Shown here in pieces: positions 1 through 6,798 of a stretch of 32,000 nucleotides of DNA; position 1 is the stretch's first letter, and each line of letters begins with the position of its first letter. The notes under the pieces are model-generated. The model did not search any database. It worked only from the letters and a program-made list of their open reading frames with translations, and was not told the origin of the DNA. The translations under genes were made by a program, and so were the position numbers. Source of the DNA: Phycisphaera mikurensis NBRC 102666 (GTDB taxonomy: Bacteria > Planctomycetota > Phycisphaerae > Phycisphaerales > Phycisphaeraceae); contig NC_017080.1 in the NCBI RefSeq assembly GCF_000284115.1, positions 900,001 to 932,000 of the forward strand, written 5' to 3'.

Positions 1-649
1 GGAGCGAGAAGGCGGCGGGGTCGGCCCGGTCCGCGGATCCGGCGGCCGCGGCCGGCGCGGGCGGCTGGGCCCCCGCGGCGAGCCGCGCCGCGGGGGTCCG
101 CGCGGCCGGATCGGGCAGCGGCACCGGCTCCAAGCCCACGGCCAGCGCGTGGTCCGGCACGCCGTACGCGCGGAGGAAGACGCTCATCACCGGGCCCGGC
201 GGGCCCGTCTGGGCGGGCGGGTACACCGTCGCGGCGAAGTTCAGGAAGAACAGCAGCGACACCGGCAGCAGGATGAAGTACGTGAAGCCCACGCCCAGCG
301 CGGTCATGATCGTGCTGAAGGGCGCGAGCACGTACACCGCCCGCCGCTCGTGCTTGTACAGGCCGACCGCGACGAACTGCCAGAGCTGCACGAGGATCCA
401 CGGCGAGGCGAGGATCAAGGCGCCCACCAGCGTCACCGGCAGGTAGACGCCGGTGAAGCCGGCGGTCGGGTCGGTCACGTAGGTCTGCGGCGGGAACCCG
501 GTGGCGTCCATCGCCAGCAGCAGCGGGCGGGCGATCCACGCGATCAGCCGCGGCCCGTACCACACGGTGACGCCGAGGGCGATGCCGCAACCCAGCAGCG
601 CCCTCACCAGCCGCCGGCGCAGCTCGTCGAGGTGGTCGCCCAGGGGCAT
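1..649 (-). CDS. tatC: Sec-independent (Tat) protein translocase subunit TatC, N-terminal ~216 codons; the gene runs off the window at position 1
   Basis: Not in the ORF track because there is no in-window stop. Hand translation of the minus strand from ATG 649..647 gives MPLGDHLDELRRRLVRALLGCGIALGVTVWYG...LILASPWILVQLWQFVAVGLYKHERRAVYVLAPFSTIMTALGVGFTYFILLPVSLLFFLNF. This matches the TatC N-terminal PLxEHLxELRxRL motif and the conserved LYxHERR motif of E. coli TatC (from memory). An in-frame GTG at 703 is an alternative start. Confidence 0.85.
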   Translation of the reverse strand, partial: MPLGDHLDELRRRLVRALLGCGIALGVTVWYGPRLIAWIARPLLLAMDATGFPPQTYVTDPTAGFTGVYLPVTLVGALILASPWILVQLWQFVAVGLYKHERRAVYVLAPFSTIMTALGVGFTYFILLPVSLLFFLNFAATVYPPAQTGPPGPVMSVFLRAYGVPDHALAVGLEPVPLPDPAARTPAARLAAGAQPPAPAAAAGSADRADPAAFSL

Positions 650-865
650 CGGCGGGTCCTCCGCCTCGGGCGTGGCGGGCGGGAGCTGGTCGAGCGGCGG
701 CACAGGGCTGTTTTAGTGCGCCGTGCGCAATCTCCTGACTGCCTCTGCGGGCGGGGCGCGCCCCTCGCCGCGTCGGCTGCACCGCACTGCGGGGGCGGGG
801 CGGCTTCGCCACCTCGCGATCGACACGTCCCGCGCCCGCCGGCCCGGCGCCTTCTAGCGTCCGCC

Positions 866-2461
866 ATGCACAGCACCAACGGACGCACCCGGAGCGTTTG
901 GGCGGCCCCGCGCGGCGAGGGTGCGGGCCAGGATCCGCCGCTGGGCGAGAGCCAGAGCGCGGACGTGGTGGTGGTGGGCGCGGGCATCGCCGGCGTCACC
1001 ACCGCCTGCCTGCTCGCGGCGGAGGGCAAGAGCGTCGTGGTGCTCGACGACGGCCCCGCCTTCGGCGGCGAGAGCCTCCGGACGACCGGGCACCTCAACG
1101 ACTACCCCGACGACGGTCTCCGGGAGATCGAGAGCCACCACGGCACCGAGGGCCTCAAGGCCTGCGTCGACAGCTTCGCCTTCGCGCTGCGAACCATCGA
1201 GCGGCTCGCCGCCGAGGCCGGCGTGCCCGACGCGGTGCGGCGAATCCCGGCTTACCTGGTCGTGGTGGACGACGGCCGAAGCCAGAATTACCTCGCCGAG
1301 GAGCTGCACGCCGCCGAGCGGATCGGCTACCCGCTCGAGGCCGTGCACCGCGCCCCCACGCCCGCCGGGCCCGACGGCCGCGCCCTGCGGATGGACCGCC
1401 AGGGCCGACTCGACGCGGCCGCCTACTTCCCGGCGCTGCTCACGCTCGCGCGCGAACGGGGCGTGAAGCTCTACCCGGGCACCCGCGTCGCGGACATGCG
1501 GGCGCAGACCGGCGACGGCGGCGAGCCCGACCGCGGCGGCACCTGGGTGGAGACCCGCGACGGCCACCGCGTGAACGCCGACTGGATCGTCACCGCCACC
1601 AACTCGCCGGTGAACCCGAGCCTCGCCGATCTCGCCGCGATCCACGCCCGCCAGGCCGGCTACATGACCTACGCGGTCGCGCTCGACGCCGCGGGGGCGG
1701 GCGTCGAGGACGCCCAGTTCTCCGACACGCGTGAGCCGTACCGCTACGCCCGACGCGCGGAACTCGGCGGCCGCGAGGTGCTCATCGCCGGCGGCGAGGA
1801 CCACAAGGTCGGTCAGGACCAGGACCAGGACCAGGACCCCGAGCCGGGCCGCACCGGCGGGGAGAGATTCGACCGCCTCGAGGCCTGGGCCCGCTCGTGG
1901 TGGCCGGGGCTCGGCGAGCGGACGCACGCCTGGAGCGGGCAGGTCTTCGAGCCCGTCGACGGCGTCGGCTTCGTCGGCCGCAACCCCGGCAGCGCCGAGA
2001 ACAGCCTCATCATCACCGGCGACAGCGGCCAGGGCCTCACCCACGGCACCGCCGGCGCGCTCATCGTCACCGACCGCATCCTCGGCAAGAAGAACCCCTG
2101 GGCGCGTCTGTACGACCCCTCGCGGGTGCTGCGCTCGGTCACCGCCGACCTCGTGACCGAGAACGCCGACGCGCTCGCCCACTACGGCCAGTGGCTCACC
2201 GCCGGCGACGCGAAGGACGCCGACGACATCCCCGTCTGCGGCGGCGCAACCCTCCGCGAGGGCGTCAAGAAGGTCTGCGTCCACCGCGACGCGGACGGGC
2301 GGCTGCACCGCTTCAGCGCCGCGTGCCCGCACCAGAACGCGGTGATGCACTGGAACCCGGTGGAGGGGACGTGGGACTGCCCGGTGCACGCGAGCCGGTT
2401 CACGGCGCTCGGCGTCCCGATCAACGGGCCCGCGCTGGAGGGCATGACGCGGGTGGACTGA
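866..2461 (+). CDS. FAD-dependent oxidoreductase (DAO-type) fused to a C-terminal Rieske [2Fe-2S] domain (YhfW-like layout)
   Basis: This is the inner part of track ORF 149..2461; positions 149..865 are antisense to tatC. The first ATG is at 866. The protein has a Rossmann FAD fingerprint (DVVVVGAGIAGVTTACLLAAEGKSVVVLD) and C-terminal Rieske ligands CPH-x15-CPVH (CPHQNAVMHWNPVEGTWDCPVH). Amino-acid composition is normal, unlike the overlapping shadow ORFs. Confidence 0.85.
   Translation: MHSTNGRTRSVWAAPRGEGAGQDPPLGESQSADVVVVGAGIAGVTTACLLAAEGKSVVVLDDGPAFGGESLRTTGHLNDYPDDGLREIESHHGTEGLKACVDSFAFALRTIERLAAEAGVPDAVRRIPAYLVVVDDGRSQNYLAEELHAAERIGYPLEAVHRAPTPAGPDGRALRMDRQGRLDAAAYFPALLTLARERGVKLYPGTRVADMRAQTGDGGEPDRGGTWVETRDGHRVNADWIVTATNSPVNPSLADLAAIHARQAGYMTYAVALDAAGAGVEDAQFSDTREPYRYARRAELGGREVLIAGGEDHKVGQDQDQDQDPEPGRTGGERFDRLEAWARSWWPGLGERTHAWSGQVFEPVDGVGFVGRNPGSAENSLIITGDSGQGLTHGTAGALIVTDRILGKKNPWARLYDPSRVLRSVTADLVTENADALAHYGQWLTAGDAKDADDIPVCGGATLREGVKKVCVHRDADGRLHRFSAACPHQNAVMHWNPVEGTWDCPVHASRFTALGVPINGPALEGMTRVD
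1814..1837 (+). repeat. Perfect hexanucleotide tandem repeat (CAGGAC)x4, in frame, encoding QDQDQDQD inside the FAD/Rieske gene
   Basis: Read directly: caggaccaggaccaggaccaggac at 1814..1837. The protein context is EDHKVGQDQDQDQDPEPGRTGGE. Confidence 0.95.
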
Positions 2462-2598
2462 TGCGCATCCGGTGACCGCCTCGGGCCCTCGCTCGACCGT
2501 ACCGGGGACGCGGATCACGCCCGAGCAGGCGGAGCCCCGGAGCCTCGGCCGCGGGGGAAGCGCCCGGGTTGCTGCGGGCGGGCCCGGACCGGCGGCGG

Positions 2599-3273
2599 CT
2601 ACTTCCGGGGCGCCAGCTCGTCGATCAGCGAGTCCAGCTGCGCGAGGTCCGAGGAGACCTTCCCGCCGAGGGCCTCCGATTCCGAGCCGGCCTTCTCCAG
2701 CCTGTCTCGGACCTGCCGGACGCCCGTCGCGGTGAGGTCGTTCTTCAGGAAGACCTCGAGGTCGGAGAGCTGCTGGAGCAGCGGCTGGAAGGACTGCTTC
2801 GTGTTGTCCAGGTCGTTGCCGAGCCGGCCGAAGCGGTCGCGCAGCGCCGCCCGGCGGTCGACGGATTGCTGGCGCAGCTCGGGGTCGGCGATGGCGGCGA
2901 GGTCCTGCTCCCAGGTGCTGATGTAGACCCGCTCCGCATTCTGCAGGTTGGCGTACCCCTCCCGAAGGCTCATGGCGAGGTCGCGGACGCCCTCGCGTTG
3001 GCTGCGGTAGCGGTTGAACCAGGGCCCCAGCGCGAGGTCCTGCGGGGCGGTGGCCTCGCGGAGGGTCTCCGCCATGGTGAACAGGCGGCCCTGGCCGTTG
3101 GCGAGGTCCTCCCGGAGCACGCGCAGGCTGGTCAGCGCCTGGCTCGCGTTGGCGATCTCGGGCGCGCCGCCCGCGCTCTTGCCGCCGCCGCAACCGGGGA
3201 GCAGCAGCAGCGCCGCGGAGAGCGCCACCATGACAGCCGCGACGGGGAGGCGGCGGGGAGAGAGGTACATCAT
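2599..3273 (-). CDS. Putative lipoprotein, helical, DUF2959-like
   Basis: Track ORF of 224 aa. The N-terminus MMYLSPRRLPVAAVMVALSAALLLLPGCGGG is a signal peptide with lipobox LLPG|C. The remainder is Leu/Gln/Asp/Arg-rich with normal composition. The resemblance to DUF2959 lipoproteins is from memory only. Confidence 0.8.
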   Translation of the reverse strand: MMYLSPRRLPVAAVMVALSAALLLLPGCGGGKSAGGAPEIANASQALTSLRVLREDLANGQGRLFTMAETLREATAPQDLALGPWFNRYRSQREGVRDLAMSLREGYANLQNAERVYISTWEQDLAAIADPELRQQSVDRRAALRDRFGRLGNDLDNTKQSFQPLLQQLSDLEVFLKNDLTATGVRQVRDRLEKAGSESEALGGKVSSDLAQLDSLIDELAPRK

Positions 3274-3420
3274 GGCCGCACGATAGCGGCGCGGCCCGTG
3301 CTGAACGTCATTCAGATTGCCCGGAACCGCCCGCCGATCGACCGGGCTCCGCGGACCAAGAGCCTCCTCGCCGCCCGGCGGCAGCGGTCCGCGGAGCCCG
3401 GCCTCATCCCGCGAGCGGCC

Positions 3421-6255
3421 TCACTCCGCGACCCGGATCATCTCCAGCCCGAGCGTCCCGCCGAGACCCAGCGGGACCCCCCCGCGCCAGCCGCTGGCGG
3501 TCTCGGTGAGGTCGAGCGGGCCCTCGGCGGCGGCGAGCGGCACGCTGGCGATCTCCTCGGACGGGAAGATCGCCAGCTCCAGTGGATCGTTCAGCCGGAT
3601 GGCGGGGCGGTCGGGGGCGAGCGTGAGGCGGAGCGGGTCGCCGGCGATGCGGAGGCCTTCGTCGGTCACCTCCAGCACGATGACCCCCAGGTCGATCCGG
3701 CGGACGCGGGTGGCCGCGTTCTCGGCGGGCTCGCCGCCGGCGGCGTCGCCGAGCCCGGGCAATGCCGCGACCGGCCCGGCCCCCACCCTCGCCGCGGCGG
3801 TGCCCGTGGCTCCGGCTTCGGGGCCCGCCGGGCCGGTGGTGACGACCAGGCGGTACGCCCCGGCGGCCCGCGCCAGCTGCGCCAAGCGGAGCCGGTCGCG
3901 GATGGCCGGCCAGGCCTCGGCGGGCGTGGCGCCTCCCTCGCTCATCGCCGCGACGGCGGCGGCCTGGCCCGCCGCGTCCGCGCCCGCGGCGGCGGCGAGG
4001 CCGGCGCGGGCGCCCGCGGCGAGCCGCGGGTCGGGGTCGTCGGCGAGGCGGAGCAGGGCGTCCTCGTCCCCGACGGCGCGGGCGAGCGCGGCGGCGTCGG
4101 GCGGCCGGCCCGAGGCGATGCCCTCCGCGACGGCGGCGGCGCCCCGGCGGTCGAGGACGAGCCCGGCCGCGGGGGTCTCCGCCGCGCCCGATGCCGCCCG
4201 CAGCGCGGCGGCGGCCACGGCCGCCTGCGCCTCGGGCTCGAGCCCGGTGAGCGGCCCGTCGAGCGCCCGCTCGCTGCCGAGCAGCCGCTGCAGCACGCGG
4301 GAGGCGGCGGGCGCGGGAGCGCCGCCGAGCAGGCGGAGGAGGGCGGTGTTGACCGGATCGGTGTCGGGCGAGCGGGCGAGCAGCACCACCAGGCCCGGGG
4401 GCGGGACGTCGCCCGCGGCCAGCAGCAGCGCGTCGAGGGTGGCGGGGTCGGCGGCGGCCGGGCCCGTGCCGCCGCCGCCGAGGCGGAACAGCCGCAGCGC
4501 CCGGCCGGCGGCGGCCCGCACCGCCGGGTCGCCGGAGCGGAGCTGCTGGATCAGCCCGTGGTCGGGGCGATCCAACGCCAGGGCGCCGGCGGGGATCCGC
4601 AGCGGCGGCCGGTCCGCGACGCCCGCGGGCCGGGGGGCCGCGTCGGCTGGATCGCCGGAGACCGCGGCCCGGAGACGCGCCAGCCACGGGGAGACGCGGG
4701 AGTCGCCGCCTCCGGCATCTTCCAGCGCCGCCAGTGCAGCCCCGACGACGGCGGGCGTGAAGCTGCGGAGCAGCGTGCGGTCGAGCAGGGTCGCGGCGTA
4801 GCCGGAGGCGGCGTCCGCCCCGGGTCGCCGGCCGTCGGCGGACGCGGCGGGCCGCCGGACGGCCGCGGCGAGCACGGCGTCGACGAAAGCCCGCAGCCGC
4901 TCGGGCGGCAGCGACGCCGGCCGCACCGCCGCCGCGGCGGCCTCGGCGAGGGCCGGCCGCTCGGCGGCGGCGTCGATCAGCGTCTCCACGACCTCCGCGG
5001 GCGCCGGGCCGTCGGGGTCTTCCAGCAGCGCCTGCAGCTCGGCTGCGGCACGGCCGGCCTCGAGGTCGGGCACGCCGGCGGGGCCGGTGGCGAGCCCCAT
5101 CATCCGGGCCCGCAGCGAGGCGAGCTGGCCGAACCCGCCCGCCCGCGGCGCGGCGGCGGCGAGCAGGCGGACCGTCGTGGGGGTGGGCGGGACCGCCTGC
5201 GCCAGCTCCCGGATCAGCCGCCGGACGGCCGCCACGTCCCCGCGGTCGATGACCGCCTCGGCCAGCGCGACGGCGGCGGCGTTCTCGGCCGCGGCCTCCC
5301 GCCCGCCGCTGCCCGCGCCCGCGAGCGCGCGGCCGGCGGCCGTCGCGACGAGCAGGTTGCCCAGGCCGTCGCCGGCCCGCACGAGCCGCTCGGGCGGCAG
5401 CGGCACGGCCGAGGCGACGCCGCTTCTCCCGCCCGGGCCACCCGGCCCGCCCGCCATCGCCCGCAGCGCCTCGAACGCCTCGACCCCGACCTCGAAGCGT
5501 CCGCGGCCCCGCTCCTCGAAGACCAGCGGCGCGTCCGGCCGGCGACGCTCGTACACGAGCCAGAGCCGGTCGGGCAGCGGCTGCTCGACGCGGGTGGGCA
5601 GCGCCGCCACCGCGTCCTGCAGAGCGCGGTATTCGTCCCGCTGCGCGCGGTAGAGGTCGGCGGCGGCCCGGGCGGCGTCCCGGTCGCCGCCGGGAACCGC
5701 CCGCGGCGGCGCTTCGGGCCGCAGGCCACGCAGCACGTCGGGAGCCACGAGGTACGCGTAGAGCGAGCCGGCACGGCCCCCCGAGGCCGACGCCTCGAAC
5801 TCGCGCCCCATCCGCTCGGCCTCCCACGAGACGGTGCCGTCGGCCCCCAGCCGCAGCTCCCGCGCCACCCGCGGCGGCTGCGGCGTGGCTGCGGCCGGGG
5901 GCCCGCCCGCGCCTGCGGCGGCTTCGTCCGGCGCCGGCACGGACCAGGCCAGCAGCGCCGCGCCGTCGAGGCCGGCGGCCGGCCGCTCCAGGCGGACGGC
6001 GTCACCGCCCGGTTCCGCGATCACCGGGACCTGGAACAACGACGCCCCCGGCTCCAGCGCGAGGCTCCACACCGGGTCCTCGAGCGTCGTCGCGACGACC
6101 CGCGGGTCGGTCAGCAGCGCCTCCAGGTCGATCCGGAGGCCGCCGGGCTCCGCCGGTTCGGCCTGCTGGGCGGCGCACGGGGAGCCCGCGGCCCAGGCGA
6201 CCAAGACGACCAGGGCGAGCGCGAGAGCGGCGTGCGGGGACCGGAGCGTCTTCAA
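3421..6255 (-). CDS. Large secreted Ala-rich protein of unknown function with HEAT-like repeats
   Basis: Track ORF of 944 aa with a TTG start at 6255; an in-frame stop lies 17 codons upstream with no other start codon between. The signal peptide is MKTLRSPHAALALALVVLVAWAAGSPCAAQQ. It is the only frame in this interval with protein-like composition; the others (2569..6501 +, 3404..5827 -, 3317..4801 +) are Arg/Gly/Pro/Ser-rich shadows. Segments such as LIQQLRSGDPAVRAAAGRALRLF and LLRLADDPDPRLAAGARAGL resemble HEAT/PBS-lyase repeats. Confidence 0.75.
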   Translation of the reverse strand: MKTLRSPHAALALALVVLVAWAAGSPCAAQQAEPAEPGGLRIDLEALLTDPRVVATTLEDPVWSLALEPGASLFQVPVIAEPGGDAVRLERPAAGLDGAALLAWSVPAPDEAAAGAGGPPAAATPQPPRVARELRLGADGTVSWEAERMGREFEASASGGRAGSLYAYLVAPDVLRGLRPEAPPRAVPGGDRDAARAAADLYRAQRDEYRALQDAVAALPTRVEQPLPDRLWLVYERRRPDAPLVFEERGRGRFEVGVEAFEALRAMAGGPGGPGGRSGVASAVPLPPERLVRAGDGLGNLLVATAAGRALAGAGSGGREAAAENAAAVALAEAVIDRGDVAAVRRLIRELAQAVPPTPTTVRLLAAAAPRAGGFGQLASLRARMMGLATGPAGVPDLEAGRAAAELQALLEDPDGPAPAEVVETLIDAAAERPALAEAAAAAVRPASLPPERLRAFVDAVLAAAVRRPAASADGRRPGADAASGYAATLLDRTLLRSFTPAVVGAALAALEDAGGGDSRVSPWLARLRAAVSGDPADAAPRPAGVADRPPLRIPAGALALDRPDHGLIQQLRSGDPAVRAAAGRALRLFRLGGGGTGPAAADPATLDALLLAAGDVPPPGLVVLLARSPDTDPVNTALLRLLGGAPAPAASRVLQRLLGSERALDGPLTGLEPEAQAAVAAAALRAASGAAETPAAGLVLDRRGAAAVAEGIASGRPPDAAALARAVGDEDALLRLADDPDPRLAAGARAGLAAAAGADAAGQAAAVAAMSEGGATPAEAWPAIRDRLRLAQLARAAGAYRLVVTTGPAGPEAGATGTAAARVGAGPVAALPGLGDAAGGEPAENAATRVRRIDLGVIVLEVTDEGLRIAGDPLRLTLAPDRPAIRLNDPLELAIFPSEEIASVPLAAAEGPLDLTETASGWRGGVPLGLGGTLGLEMIRVAE

Positions 6256-6360
6256 GAAGGATCCCGTGGGAGAGGAGCGGTCGGGCGAGCGGGCGCCGCG
6301 ATCTTATGGAAGGCCGGCCGGGCGGAAGAAGGACCAAGGGGCGGCCGGCGCGGGCCCAAG

Positions 6361-6383
6361 CGGTGCCCGTCCCGTGGGCACCG
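6361..6383. promoter_or_regulatory. Perfect inverted repeat CGGTGCCC-N7-GGGCACCG, a candidate activator (enhancer-binding protein) site upstream of the sigma-54-like promoter
   Basis: Read directly. The 8-bp arms are at 6361..6368 and 6376..6383, about 100-120 bp upstream of the -24/-12 match at 6483..6498. Function is inferred from position only. Confidence 0.3.
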
Positions 6384-6482
6384 GCGCCGCCGTGCCTCCG
6401 GCGCGCGCACCGATCGGCCGAAGCGATCGCCCGCGGGGCCGCTCCGGCGCTCGCTCCGCTCCACAGGGGCTGGTCGGCCTTC

Positions 6483-6498
6483 TGGCACGGCGTTCGCA
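6483..6498 (+). promoter_or_regulatory. Candidate sigma-54 (-24/-12) promoter facing amtB-glnK
   Basis: TGGCACggcgtTCGCA has GG at 6484-6485 and GC at 6496-6497, exactly 12 nt apart. It differs from the consensus TGGCAC-N5-TTGCW at one specified base (TCGCA vs TTGCA). It is oriented toward amtB, whose start is at 6799. Confidence 0.5.
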
Positions 6499-6552
6499 TA
6501 GTCGTCCGCATCCACCAGGCAGGCCGCTCCCGCACCGTTTGCGGGAGCATCC

Positions 6553-6585
6553 GCGGGCGTTCCCTCCTTGGGAACGCCCGCTTTT
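6553..6585 (+). terminator. Intrinsic-terminator-like hairpin inside the amtB 5' leader, preceded by a second hairpin at 6526..6548
   Basis: GCGGGCGTTCCC (6553..6564), loop TCCTT, GGGAACGCCCGC (6570..6581), then TTTT (6582..6585). The upstream hairpin is GCTCCCGCA / CCGTT / TGCGGGAGC (6526..6548). The T-run follows the stem only on the + strand. Confidence 0.5.
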
Positions 6586-6798
6586 CGTGCGGCCGGGGCG
6601 CGGGCCGGCGTCGTGTTACCGGACGTTGGGCAGCGAGACGCTCCCTGCGCAAGAAAAGCGCAGGAATCCTCGGGAGCGATTGCCGCGCGGGCAATCACCG
6701 GTTAACGTGCCGCCCGAACAAGGAGCCGATCCCCGCCCGGCGTGTGCCGGGAGCCGCGGGTCTGCTCGCTGCACCGCCTCCCTTTGGAGTATTTGAAG

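Noticed and set aside
753-764. GC-only palindromes such as GGGGCGCGCCCC (753..764), CCGGCG-N4-CGCCGG (12690..12705), CGCGGCCGCG (near 12769) and GATGCGCATC (2460..2469)
   Set aside because: Short G/C palindromes are expected frequently at this base composition, and nothing else supports them as operators. The 12690 site remains a weak TetR-operator candidate only.
149-865. The N-terminal 239 codons of track ORF 149..2461
   Set aside because: This part is antisense to a clear tatC reading frame and is His/Arg-rich. The flavoprotein begins at ATG 866, just before its Rossmann motif.
3299-3316. GCTGAAcgtcATTCAG upstream of the lipoprotein gene, sharing GCTGAA/TTCAG with the 28434 palindrome
   Set aside because: It is only a 5-bp inverted repeat. 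TTCAG occurs many times in the window, so the similarity is probably coincidental.
2569-6501. A 1310-aa + strand ORF and other long ORFs (3404..5827 -, 3317..4801 +, 854..3193 -) overlapping the lipoprotein and the 944-aa gene
   Set aside because: All are Arg/Gly/Pro-rich low-complexity shadows. Only 2599..3273 (-) and 3421..6255 (-) have signal peptides and protein-like composition.
6618-6636. TTGGGCAGCGAGACGCT in the amtB leader as a second -24/-12 element
   Set aside because: Only the GG/GC spacing fits. The flanking bases deviate from the consensus at most positions.
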